Positions 35,001 through 47,999 of a stretch of DNA of 64,000 nucleotides are shown here, in pieces. Location of the stretch: contig NC_083435.1 in the NCBI RefSeq assembly GCF_020745735.1, forward strand, positions 26,659,231-26,723,230, in the 5' to 3' direction. Below the pieces are notes generated by a model, which was given only the letters and a program-made list of their open reading frames with translations, ran no database searches and was not told where the DNA came from. Made by a program: the position numbers and the translations under genes. The stretch comes from Hemiscyllium ocellatum (taxonomy: Eukaryota). Positions within the stretch are counted from its first letter, which is position 1, and every line of letters begins with the position of its first letter.

Positions 35001-37771
35001 CTTGCTTTTAAGGATTCATCTGTCACTGGATGAAACACTAACACCTTCTCTCCAAAAATAAAATAAGATTTCTTTGATGTCTTGTCTGCTTTCTGTTTCA
35101 TTGTACGCATGATACTTTTTAAAAAGCTGTCAAGCCAACTCCCCTTCTCTATTTAATTGTTCCCTAAAATTTGAGACATAATTCAAATATGTAGTCAAAT
35201 ATGAGTTCTGACTCACCAATTTCTCCATAAACAATTTTAGTGGTCTTCTCACTTCATGTCGAAAAATTGATTCAAATGGACAGAGTTTGGCAGATCCATT
35301 GGGTGCATCTCTGATGGTAAAAAGCAAAAACAGAATTCTTTTATCTCAATTGTCTGGATAGTTGTGATAATAAGCCCTTAACACGGTCTTTAACTTCTGC
35401 TACCATCTTTTTAGCACTCCCTGTGCTTCTGATGGTACGCAGTAAATTGGAATTGTTTTCTCCAGAGCAGTCCATAAATTCCTTGAATACTTTTGATATA
35501 AAGCTTGACCGTTGATCAGATTGCATCTCTGTGGGTAGTGCATATCAAGTGAAACATTTGAGTAACTCTTCTACAATCCTTTTTGCTGTAATGTTGCGTA
35601 ATAGAATAGCCATTGGAAATCTAGAGGACATAGCCATTATTGTTAACAACTAGTGATTTGTGCTTTTTTTGTTTTAGGTAGGTGCCCTACACAATCAATT
35701 AGGACTCTTGTAAAAGGTTCCTCTAGTGCAAAGTGCGTATTGAAGGTGTGGGTTTTATTACTGCCTGTGGTTTTCCAATTACCTGGCAGGTATGACATGT
35801 CTGGCAAAATTCAACTACATCCTTGTGCAGTCCTGGCCAGTAAAAATATTTATGTAATCTGGCTTGAGTTTTTCTTACCCCTAAATAACCTCCTATTGGT
35901 GATTCACCATCTGCAACACCTCCTTTCTCTAACCCACTGGTAATACGACTTGATGTACTTCTGCCTATTTCTCATCTGCCTGAATATGTGATGGTCTCAA
36001 TTTCCTCATAAAAATGTCATTTCTTGAGGTAGTAGCACTAAGGGATGCATTTGGATTCTGCTCCTGTGTGTCCTTTTGATGCAATTGCTTTAATTTTTCA
36101 TCTTTCTGCTGTATCTATGAGTTAAAGATGTCTACTTTGTCATCCATCTGCACCTGGTTTGTCTCAATTATTTGATCAAACAGGGTCTCTGCTGATTCCA
36201 CTTCAACTTTTTTTTTATCTGTACACTTAACTCTCTCCTGTTTTAACTGGTGACTTTGTGACCTAGTTACCACACGGTCAGGAATATTCCCAGGATAGGC
36301 TTCCTGCAGTACCTCAGTTGCCCAGTTTTCCACTGACTTTTCAACCGCAGTAGGCAGCACTGCTACTTGTGAACTAGCTATATTGACATCAAAGACAAGT
36401 TATATTCCTTGAGCTGAGAGTTTGTCCAGTATCCTACCACAACCTCTCCATTTTTCACTGGATACTCTAATCTCACTTGACATAATGGAGCATTACTTGT
36501 CTGACCAAGAATTCCAATTACTAGCCCTTTTACTGGCAATAATTATTTGGAGGTATATGTCTCATCATCTCTCAACATTAAACACTGACAGGATCCTGTA
36601 TGTCTTGATATTGTAACCTGCTGCTCCTGGCCTATGCAAATAAACTTTACCGTCGCAGGTATATGGTTTAAGAAGATCTGGCACTTCCTCCTTAACCAAC
36701 CTCCCATCAGGTTGTATATTCTGGTGCAGCTTTCTAACCTCCATTGTGCTTTCCATTACCATTCCAACAAAATTCATTGGCTTACCCTTTTTTCTTACAT
36801 CTGTCTTCCCAGTGCTTTTCCAAACACACCAGCATTGTGATTTCATGTGATCAACTTTATTGCAGTGAAAACACTGGAGCGTTTTTAACATCTCTTTCCC
36901 CTTCAACACTTTCTTCTTTTCCCTGTGGTAAGTTATCCTAATTACCTTCACTGAGATCTACTTTTCCTTTTACCACATTTCTCTTTTCCCCAATTTCTAT
37001 CCCTCATGGATTGAAATTGATGTTGGAAGCCAAACTTTGATTTGTGAACTAACTCATAATTATCAGCTATTTTAGCTGCTAATCTTGCCATTTTGTTTCT
37101 GCATGAGTTCTCACTGACTTCAGAAGTGAATTTTTGACCTCCTTCAAAATAATTGTCCTTCTGAGACCCTCAAAGGTTTGCTCTATTTTATTGCCCTTAT
37201 CCACCTATCAAAGTTATTTTGTTTGATCGTTTCAAACTCAATATATGTTTGAACAGGATTCCTCCTTCGATTCCCGAAACATTGTTTATAGACTTCAGGC
37301 ACAAGAACGTATGCACTTAAAATGGCCTCATTCACTTCCACATGCCCCAGATATCTCCTCTGATAGTGCTACAAATACCTCACTAGCTCTACCTACAAGT
37401 TTTGTTTCAATCAACAAAACCCACATGGTCACTTTTACCACCTTCTCAAATGAGATGAAAAAGGTGTCAACATCCTTCTCATCAAATTTTGGTAATGCTT
37501 GAATATATTTAAACAGATCCCCATGACAGGCTTTGATTATCATGGGCTTCTTTATCCTCATTCTCTTCTTCACTAAGCTTACCTTCACCCTTCAGCTCCA
37601 TTCTTTTAAGCTGACTTTTCTATCTGAAAACCCATTTCAGGCATTCAAACTCTTTTTGTTGTTGCTCTGCTAAAGTCTCTAACCCAGACAAATCAGAACC
37701 TCTGCCTTTACAACCCCTCCTGAAAACAACCAATGACAACATAACTTTGTTAAAGGAACAGCATCATCACA
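32092..37771 (-). mobile_element. decayed Gmr1-like Ty3/Gypsy LTR retrotransposon in intron 6 of the orphan unit
   Basis: 3' LTR 32092-32771 (TG...CA) preceded on minus strand by polypurine tract AAGGTGGAGGGAGA; partial 5' LTR ~37672-37771; gag LPKFDEKDV, CFHCNKVDHMKSQC knuckle, integrase ~35900-34900, RT 34555-34142, RNase H 33820-33470. Confidence 0.85.
32915..34093. repeat. 464-bp inverted duplication with 251-bp spacer
   Basis: 32915-33378 is the reverse complement of 33630-34093; four mismatches counted. Confidence 0.92.
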
Positions 37772-37940
37772 CGATCTCTCTCTCCTGTTTCTCTCATTCG
37801 TGCGCTCTCTTGCATTCCCTCTCATTTCTCTCCTGCCCTCTGTCATTCTTCCTGTCATGCATGTTCTCTCTCTCTCTCTCTCATATTTTTCTCTCTCACT
37901 GTGATAGTGAAATTTTTAATGCCTCTCTTTCTATTAACAG

Positions 37941-37985
37941 CTTCTAATGAATCAACACCTTCAGAGTGTTCTGTTGATAGCTGAG
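37941..37985 (+). pseudogene. orphan class I cytoplasmic exon 7 (PSNESTPSECSVDS*)
   Basis: Acceptor ttctattaacag, TGA 37982-37984, donor GTACGA; paralog of 12044-12088. Confidence 0.82.
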
Positions 37986-39559
37986 GTACGAATACTGTTG
38001 GTCAATCTTGGGAGTAGATCATTCTAATTGGGATATTGGGACTGGTAAATGTACAGCCTGGAGGGTGGACCCTGAGCTCAGACTCTCTCCCTTTCTCTCC
38101 CTGCATGATCACTACCAGCTCATAAAGTTCGACAGTGATCTTTCAGACTAACGTTTAGGAGATGGCTGCCCCTGTATGGGACTGAACTTGGACTGTGAGA
38201 GGTGGGGGTGGGCTATCGAAATATCTCATCCTGTCAGCTGTTCGATTTCCTTAAGGAAATCGATGTTCCGAGAGTTCTTGCTGCACTTTATTCCTGCAGT
38301 TTTGTGTTGCTGTCCTAAGGTTCTGAAGTCCTGGGTGTTTGTGGAATGCTGTGTGATGGGTGGGTTCTGGATCTGACCGAGAACTTGGTCTAGTCTTCTG
38401 AACTACTCCATGAGGAGATTTATGCTCTTGGATGGAATGCAATGTACAATGACTGGAAGGAAAACTGGACTTCAAGGGTTAAACAGCAAGTTTAAATAAA
38501 CTAGGGTTGTGTTCCCTGAAATGTAGAAGGTTAAGGGCTGATTCAATGGAAGTTTTCAATACATTGAGAAGTGGATGTAGTAGAGAGGAGGGACCTGTTT
38601 CCGCTGGCTGGGGAGTCTTGGACTGTGGTGTCAGTGTAATTAGTCAGACTGATTGAGAGTGAAATTAGGAAACACTTCCACATCCACACGGTGGGAACTC
38701 TCTTCCTTAAAACGCAATGAATGCACAATGAAATTTACTGATTTTAAATCTATAAAATGCAGAATAAGAGAAGATGGAAGATGGGTAAGTGGATTGAGAT
38801 GATTGATCCATGATCTCATTGAATAGTGGAACAGGATCAAGGGGCTAAATGTCCTTTTTTCTGTTCCTGTGCATCAGTGGAATTTGCTGGTCTTCAGGAA
38901 TGGGTCTGAAAAAGGTTTTCCTGGTGTTTTATTAGTGGGTCTGATGGGTTTCCCTGTTGTTTGGAGAGCAGGACGCAGATGCTTTGCTGGTGTTCGAGAA
39001 GTGGGTCTGAGGGGATTTGCTGGTGATTGGGGAGCGGGTCTGAGGTGGTTTTGTTGGTATTTCGGATATCTGTTCTTCTTGACGCTTATGTAGAGCTGCT
39101 GTCCCTGCTGTGTTTCCTTACTGTGTAACCATCTCTTTGTTTCTCTTTTTCTAGTTGCCTCAGTGACCTGCCTTCTAATTCAGGGTTGTTCTTTCCTGAG
39201 ATCTCGGGAATAGGATAATCTGAGATGTTGCGTGTACGTTCTGATTTGCAATACACACTGTCTTGGGAAGTTTCTCTCCTTTCCACCAGATGAGAATGAG
39301 GAGGTGGTTGGAGAGACAGCTGAGGATGTAAGGGAAACACTGGGTGGGCAGCATCCAGAAGGAGGTGAGAGGGAAATGAAGACTAGAACGAGTTATAGCA
39401 GTTCCCCTTCACCCCATTCTCTGCAGAGTAGGGTTACTTGTCTACCGCATCATCTCTGTATTTGCTAGGTTACTTGGTCCTTCCCTGTTTTGCCTTGCCC
39501 TGGGGTAGTGGCAGCTACTGTGCCTGCATCCCTCAGCCCATCTGCTGCCCTCCCTCACC

Positions 39560-41330
39560 TCCTCCTCACCCACATTCCATGATTTTCACAGAAAGGTGTG
39601 GAATATCATTCAGATCATTGCGTTCTGGATCATCGGAATGTCCAGCAGGAATTCAGTCAGTACAATTTTTGAGACTGACTGATGCTTTCCATTTCTACAG
39701 AATGATGATGATGCGTTCCCTTTTCAGTATGTGGTCTTTGTACCACTTCAAGGTAATGTTTGCAGCATTCGAAGCTGGACATGAAAGCTAGACATCGGCA
39801 AAGTACTTACATCTCAGGGTGAGATTCATTGCCATAAAATGTGAACACCTCAACAGTGAGGGAAATCACGGAAACAGAGGAAGTAGGAGCAGAAGGTCAT
39901 TCATCCTTTTAACTCTGCTCCACCATACAAAATGATCATGGCTGTTTGTCCAACTCAGGACCCTATTTCCATTTTTTCCCCATCCATTTTGATTCCTTTA
40001 GCCCTCAGAACTGTATCAAATGTTTTCCTCCAAATATTCAGTATGACATTGTGGCAGAGGATCAATGCTGTCTGGATGAAGACAAAACTTCCCATTTCTT
40101 CCCATTTCAGTCCTAAGTGGTCTCCCTCACATCTTTTGACTGTGACCCATGGTCTGGACTCCTTGGTCATCGGGATTTACCCTGTCTAGTCTGGAGTTTC
40201 TATGAGATCTCACTCTTCATTCATCTAACCTCCAGTGCATTGTGTCCTAATCTATCCAGTCTCGCTCATACTCCAGTCTTCCTGTCCCGGGAATCGGTCT
40301 GATAAATGTTTATTGCTCTCTCTCCAGAGGCAGAATATCCTTCCTCTGATAACATGACCAAAACTGGATACAATATTCGCAGTGTGATATCACCAAGTGT
40401 CTATACAATTGCACCAAGACAACCTTGCTCCTGCACTCCAACATTCTCAACATGAAGCTCAACACAACATTTGTGTTCTTTATTGCCTGTAAAAAGTGAG
40501 GTCTGCAGATGCTGGAGATCAGAGCTGAAAATGGTTAAAGCGCAGCAGGTCAGGCAGCATCCAAGGAACAGAAAATTCGACGTTCGGGCATAAGCCGATG
40601 AAGGGCTTCATCCTGATGAAGGGCTTATGCCCGAAACGTCGAATTTCCTGTTCCTTGGATGCTGCCTGACCTGCTGCGCTTTAACCAGCAACACGTTTTC
40701 AGCTTCTTTATTGCCTGCCTCACCTGCATGTTTACATTCAGTGACTGCTGTACAGCTTTTGTTGCACCTTCCTTTTTCCCAATTTATCACCATTAGATAA
40801 TAACCTGCCTTCCTGTTTTTACTACTGAAGTACATCACCTGAATTTTAACCACATTATCTTGCATCTACCAGGCACTTGCCCACTCATTCAACTTGTTCA
40901 GAATACACTGATATATCTCTGCATCCTGCTCACAGTTCACCATCCCTCCCTGCTTTGTGTCATCTGCAAACTTGGAGATATTATATGAAGTTCGTTCATC
41001 TAAACCCTTAATGTAGTGAATCGCTGGTCTCCAAGCACTGATCCCTGTGAAACCTCACAAATCGCTGACTGCCATGAGGAAAATGACAACTTATTCCTAA
41101 TGTTGTTTTCCAATTGTCAACGGGTTCTCAAATCAAAACCACATCAAGACATACAGAATTCATTTAAAAATGAATTCATAGTATTAGCAATTTTGCAATG
41201 TCAGAATTAAGCCAGAGGGAAACGACAATAGTCATTGGAAATGAGGATACAGTTGCTCATATGTTAATGTATGTGGGTCAGACCAATTAGCATCATTTAC
41301 AACTTTTCCTCATTCTTCAATGTTGAAAAG
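39560..41330 (+). repeat. segmental duplicate of ~2390-3880 (intergenic flank of a class I unit)
   Basis: Collinear from cacattccatgatt...cagaaaggtgtgg to cctcattcttca...gaaaagtga. Confidence 0.85.
40490..40703. mobile_element. 214-bp fold-back Penelope pLTR insertion with a hammerhead core
   Basis: 14-bp duplication TTCTTTATTGCCTG (40476-40489, 40704-40717); single-copy site in the paralog at ~3253-3270; inverted arms; CTGATGA...GAAAcgtc at 40613-40640. Confidence 0.85.
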
Positions 41331-41509
41331 TGACAAAGGACAATTTGGGAACTGTTGTGGAAATTAAATTAACTCGACTCAAATACTAGCAACAGCAAAG
41401 ATAAAGCTTTATTGTAACCTCCGGCCAAATACACCTGGCAAGATGCCGCATGTAAGGGGCTGAATGACTTTCACATTTTTATACTACATTTTGCTCATCC
41501 TTATCACAC

Positions 41510-44500
41510 GCTCAAGGACAAGAATAGGAGGATAGGGCAGATGAATGCATAGCTGAGGAGCTGGTGTATGAGAGAAGGATTCACATTTTTGGATCATTGA
41601 AATCTCTTTTGGGGTAGAAGTGACCTGTACAAGGAGGACAGATTGCACCTAAATTGGAAGGAGACTAATATACTGGCAGGAAATTTTGCTGGAACTGTTT
41701 GGGAGGATTTAAACTAGTAAGGTGGTGGTGGTGGGGAGGGGGGTTGGGGGTGTGGGACATAGTGAGGAAAGAGATCAATCTGAGACTGGTACAGTTGAGA
41801 ACAGAAGTGAGTCAAACAGTCAGGGCAGGCACGGACAATGTAGGATTAATAAATTGAACTGCATTTTTTTAATGCAAGAGGCCTAACGGGGAAAGCAGAT
41901 GAACTCAGGACATGGTTAGGAACATGGGACTCGGATATCATAGCAATTACAGAGACATGGCTCAGGGGTGGGCAGGATTGGCAGCTTAATGTTCCAAGAT
42001 ACAAATGCTACAGGAAGGATAGAAAGGGAGGCAAGAGAGATGGGGGAGTGGCATTTTTGATAAGGGATAGCATTACGGCTGTGCTGATGGAGGATATTCC
42101 CAGAAATACATCCAGGGAAGTTATTTGGGTGGAACTGAGAAATAAGAAAGGGATGATCACCTTATTGGGATTGGATTATAGACCCTCTAATAGTCAGAGG
42201 GAAATTGAGAAACAAACTTGTAAGGAAATCTCAGCTATCTGTAAGAATAGGGTAGTTATAGTAGGGGATTTTAACTTTCCAAACATAGACTGGGACTGCC
42301 ATAGTGTTAAACGTTTAGATGGAGGAATTTCTTAAGTGTGTACAAGACAATTTTCTGATCCAGTATGTGGATGTACCTACTAGAGAAGGCGCAAAATTTG
42401 ACCTACTCTTGGGAAATAAGGCAGGGCAGGTGACTGAGGTGTCAGTGGGGGAGCACTTTGGAGTCAGCAACCATAATTCTATTCATTTTAAAATAGGGAT
42501 AGAAAAGGATAGACCAGATCTAAAAGTTGAAGTTTTAAATTGGAGTTTGGCCAATTTTGACGGTATTAGGCAAGAACTTTCAAAAGCTAATTGGAGACAG
42601 ATGTTCACAGGAAAGGGATGGCTGGAAAATGGGAAACCTTCAGAAATGAGATACCAAGAATCCAGAGAAAGTATATTCCTGTTAGGATGAAAGGAAAGGC
42701 TGGTAGGTTTCGGGAATACTGGATGACTAAAGAAATTGAGGGTTTGGTTAAGAAAAAGGAAGCATATGTCAGGTATAGACACGATAGGTCATGTGAATCC
42801 TTAGAGTACAAAGGAAGGAGTATACTTAAGAGGGAAATCAGGAGGGCAAAAAGGGAACATGAGATGGGTTTGCCAAATAGAATTATGGAGAATCCAAAGG
42901 GTTTTTACAAGTATATTAAGGACAGAAGGGTAACTAGCGAGAGAATAGGGCCCCTCAAAGATCAGCAAGGCGGCCTTTGTGTGGAGCCACAGAAAATGGG
43001 GGAGATACTAAATGAATATTTTGCATCAGTATTTACTGTGGAAAAGGATATGGAACTTATAGACTGTAGGGAAATAGATGGTGACATCGTGCAAATGTCC
43101 AGATTACAGAGGAGGAAGTGCTGGATGTCTTGAAACGGGTAAAGGTGGATAAATCCCAAGGACTTGACCAGGTGTACTCAAGAACTCTGTGGGAAGCTAG
43201 AGAAGTGATTGCTGGGCCTCTTGCTGAGATATTTGTATCATCGATAGTCACAGGTGAGGTGCCGGAAGACTGAGGGTTGGCTAACATGGTGCCACTGTTT
43301 CAGAAGGGCAGTAAAGACAAGCCAGGGAACGACAGACCAGTGAGCTTGACCTTGGTGGTGGCCAAGTTGTTGGAGGGAATCCTGAGGGACAGGATGTACA
43401 TGTATTTGGAAAGGCAAGGACTGATTAGCAATAGTCAATATGGCTTTGTGGGTGGGAAATCACGTCTCACAAACTTGATTGAGTTTTTTGAAGATGTAAC
43501 AAAGAGGATTGATGAGGGCAGAGCAGTAGATGTGATCTATATGGACTTCAGTAAGGTGTTCGACAAGTTTCCCCATGGGAGACTGATTAGCAAGGTTAGA
43601 TCTCATGGAATACAGGGAGAACTAGCCATTTGGATACAGAACTAGCTCAAAGGTAGAAGGCAGAGGGTGACCAGTGGAGTACCACAAGGATCGGTGCTGG
43701 GTCCTCTACTTTTTGTCATTTACATAAATGATTTGGATGCGAGTATAAGAGGTACAGTTAGTAAGTTTGCAGGTGACACCAAAATTGTAGGTGTAGTGGA
43801 CAGTGAAGAGGGTTACCACAGATTACAACAGGATCGGGACCAGTTGAGCCGATGGGCTGAGAAGTGGCAGATGGAGTTTAATTGAGATAAATGCGAGGTG
43901 CTGCATTTTGGGAAGGCAAATCTTAGCAGGACGTATACACTTAATGGTAAGGTCCTAGGGAGTGTTGCTGAATAAAGAGACCTTGGAGTGCAGGTTCATA
44001 GCTCCTTGAAAGTGGAGTCGCAAGTAGATAGGATAGTGAAGAGGGCATTTAGTATGCTTTCTTTTATTGGTCAGAGTATTGAGTACAGGAGTTGGGAGGT
44101 CACATTGCGGCTCTACAGGACATTGGTTAGGCTACTGTTGGAATATTGCATGCAATTCTGGTCTCCTTCCTATCAGAAAGATGTTGTGAAACTTGAAAGG
44201 GTTCAGAAAAGATTTACAAGGATGCTGCCAGGGTTGGAGGATTTGAGCTATAGGGAGAGGCTGAACAGACTGGGGCTGTTTTCTCTGGAGCATCGGAGGC
44301 TGAGGGGTGACCTTATAGAGGTTTACAAAATTATGAGGGGCATGGACAGGGTAAATAGGCAAAGTCTTTTTCCTGGGGTAAGGAAGTTCAGAACTAGAGG
44401 GCACAGGTTTAGGGAGAGGGGAAAGATATAAAAGAGACCTAAGGGGCAACTTTATCACACAGCGGGTGGTACGTGTATGGAATGAGCTGCCAGAGGATGT

Positions 44501-44648
44501 GGTGAAGGCTGGTACAATTGCAACATTTAAGAGGCATTGGGCTGGATGCTGGCAGATGGGACTAGATTGGGTTAGGATATCTGGTTAGCATGGATGGGTT
44601 GGACCAAAGGGTTTGTTTCCATGCTGTGCATCTTTATGACTCTAACTG
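41510..44648 (+). mobile_element. CR1 LINE (end of ORF1, endonuclease, RT), many frameshifts
   Basis: VGDFNFPNIDW, EHFGVSNH, YMDFSKVFDKFPH, KFAGDTK; 3' tail near 44645. Confidence 0.9.
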
Positions 44649-45527
44649 GGAACATTTAGCTGTTGATATGAAGTTTATGTCTTCCCTGACTCTTGCTGAA
44701 TCTGACTGTTTTGCAAGACTTGCAAGGCCAAGCGGTCTGCTTGCAGCATCGTGCAAAGTCAGACTGTCTATTTAAAATTTTAGCAAAATGTTAATCTTAG
44801 CAAAGTGCTAGATTTCGCAAAGTATTCCCTTCCAGATTTCACAGTAAATGTTAATTTTGTTAATTTTCCATTGCAGAACCCAACTAAGCAATAGCTGAAG
44901 GAGGAAGACAGGAAATTAACCATTGCTCTACAGTAAGAGTGTCAGAGAAATAGTTGAAACCACAGTAAAGGTGGATAAACTTATTCAAGTTGTAAGTTTA
45001 CTCAGTGAAACCATTACAGAGAATAGGAATCTTTCTTAAAATCAGCAGGAAGCATTCGTAGTGCCATGAATAGTGTGAATAATCTTTGAAAAACTATGAA
45101 GAGGACAGGATTTGTTTTTAAGACCACAGACAGCTAGTTCCATTCAGTAGAGAAGACACAAACTGTTTATTTAGGCACACTCGGCCAGATTCTTCTATTA
45201 CTGAAAACAAAGTTAGGAATGCTCCATTTCGGCTGCAAAAGCCCAGAAAAATCTTTCACTAATCAATACAGAAGACACATTGCTGTATTGCAATACATTC
45301 CTAACTTGTGTGGAAAATATTTGGTTCTGAAAAGTTTCATGTGGGGTAATGAATTAAGCTTCATCCAATCCGATCAGATAATGAGATCTTAGTTGAGAAT
45401 GATGTGGTCAGCACAATCACCAAAGCCGAGTAAAATACAACTGGAAAGGAGAAATGAGGCAGTAAATCCAGAATCTGGTGACCAAGACATTGTGAGCAGT
45501 GACAAGGTTCCATCATACAACACCTTG

Positions 45528-47990
45528 TTTTTTTTAAAAATATATTTTTATTTGAAAAATAAATTTTTAAGTTTTACAATACAAAACAATACAATTCAAA
45601 ACAGTACAAAAAAATCAATACAAGTAAAAACACCCAACCCACCCTCATGTACAAATGTATAAACATATATTTAAAAATACAGAATAAAAATCAAACTAGC
45701 TATTTAACTAAATAAATAACCAACAACAAATTAATAAATAGTAATAACTCAGCTTAGCCAAACAAGACACTCATACGTTCATAGTCCCTCCTCCCCGGAT
45801 AATGGACTAGTGAAACACAAACATTACGACTATATGAAGCCCTTATTAGTGTGGCAGATAAATCTGTGCCCAAGAATTCCAAGAAAGGCTGCCATGTCAC
45901 ATAAAAATGCTCAGTTTTGTGGTGTACTATACTTGTGAGAAAATCCAAGTGAATATGCTCCACAACAATCTTCCGCCAACCCGACAGGCCTGGGTTTTTT
46001 TTGGATACCCAACCTAGCAAGATATTCTTTCTTGCACGGAAGTGAGTATATTGAAAAGTTTATTCTCATGCACATCTGCAGGGAGCACACTGGGCAGGCC
46101 CAGAAGAACAGAAATCAAGCCCTTCTTCACCCTTACACACAAAATCCACTCCATTGTACCCACCACAACATTCCAGTATGTTTGGAGCCTACTATAGGAC
46201 CAGAGACAATGGGTAAGAGAGCCCGTACAGACCTCACATTTGGGACACGTTAAAGGTACTTAGATCTAAATTTTGACAAATGATTCGGAGCCAAGTGGAC
46301 TCTGTGGAGAATCTTCAATCGTAAGGCATGGGTCCTATTACAAATTGATATATTTCTTGCATTTTTTCCAAATATCTTCCCATGTCTCTGAGGAGATTTC
46401 ACACCCTACAGCGTTGAACGAACTCATCTGAGGGGACACTCCCAAGTTGGTGATATAAAGTACTGACAGAAAGTGTATTCTTAGCACTGAGAATCCCCTT
46501 TCTATGTCGGATTTGTAGGGATCAGTCAAAAGTGTAATCTTTTTTGAATAAAATCACTAACTTGAAAAAACCAAAAGAGGTATGTATTAGATAGCTCGTA
46601 TTTCTGAACTAACTGATCGAACTCTCCCGCAAATAAATCGACCATGCAAGACACACCCCTAGCTGCCCAACGCTTAAAGCCTGAATCTGTCATCCCTGGC
46701 TGAAAACCCAGCGTACCCACTAAAAGTGTAGAAGATGATGATTTGCCAATATTGCCTTTCCTCTGCTGAATTGCCCTCCATACTTTAACGGTACTGATGA
46801 CTGTTGGGTTAAGGCAATATTCCCTAACTGTCCTCATTTTGTCCAAGAGCAGCAAACTGTTAAGGGGGCACCTTACTTGGGAGGCTTCGCTATCTAATCA
46901 TATTGAAAGAGCCCAATCATTCACGGAGGACAAACGTGACCTTAGTTGGTAGCTTTTAATGTCTGGAAGGTACACTCTCTCCAATCTGTGAGGCAATTGC
47001 AGTTTAGCTAATTTAATGAGGGGTCGCTTATGATACCAAATAAAGGAGGTGAACCAGCCTTTCAGTCTCCTGAATATTTGCTTATCGAAAATCAGGGGGA
47101 ACATCTGTATAGCATATAGCAAACAATGAAGAATATTCATCTTAGTAAGAGCTATCCGGCCCAATCACAATACCGAAAGTGCTTCCCATCTTTGAAAGTC
47201 TTCTTTAATTTTGTCAAATAATTGAGCAAAATTGGCTTTGACCACCCTATCCAAAACTGGAGTATTGACTGTTGTTGACATGCTTGAATTACATTAAGCA
47301 ACCTCCTAACATTATTGAAGGATCTGCAGCCACTTGTGAAGCATAGCTGATCCTCTTTAACAATAGAAGGTAACACAGTCTCCAGCCTTAATGCTAGAGT
47401 CTCAGAGAGGATTTTAAAGTCCCGCATTGAATAGTGAAATGGGCCTGTATGAAGCACAGTCCTCCAGGATCTTACCTTTTTTTAAGAATAAGTGAAATAC
47501 TGGCCTCTGACAGAGATGGCGGGAGACAATCATGACTGTATAAATCATTAAACATATTGAGCATCCGGCCTGACAGTATGTTTATAAATTCTTTGTAAAA
47601 TTTGCTGTGAAGTCCACCACGACCGGGTGCCTTTCTACAGTGACGCTGCCTCACAGCTTCCTGCACTTCTTAGTCTGATAAGGGGGCATTGAGAAAGGAC
47701 TCTTGTTTGGGAGTCAGGTCCAGGAGCTTCAGATTCTTAAAAAGAATCCATTTTGGTCCACCCCTCCTCACAACCTACAGATTGGTATAACTTAAGAGTA
47801 AAATCTCAGGATCGCCACATTGACTTTTTTAGAGTCACATGTTCGGGTCCCAGACCCTTCCCTGATCACCGTAATGGCTTGTGGGATACACTTTTTCCTA
47901 GCGAGATATGTTAAGTATTTGCCTGGTCTGTCACTAGAAAAACACGTGTGAATGAGATCGACTTTTACAACTATCATCATTGGTTACACG
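45528..47990 (-). mobile_element. L1/Tx1-clade LINE ORF2 remnant, 5'-truncated, RT core deleted
   Basis: KAPGRGG...FYKEF, DFKILSETLALRL, GRIALTKMNIL, IWYHKRPLIKLAKLQLP; T-run (poly-A on minus strand) at 45528. Confidence 0.85.
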
Positions 47991-47999
47991 CCCACCATG

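Noticed and set aside
32088-37775. Target-site duplication for the Gmr1-like element
   Set aside because: Flanks TTAT and CGAT do not match well enough to claim one.
41350-41510. Possible LTR fragment next to the CR1
   Set aside because: Only a TG start and a minus-strand AATAAA; no second end or TSD.
44690-45520. Hairpin-like stretch, strong acceptor at ~44876 and a coiled-coil-like frame
   Set aside because: All frames after the acceptor stop within a few codons and no family is recognisable; probably a TE remnant.
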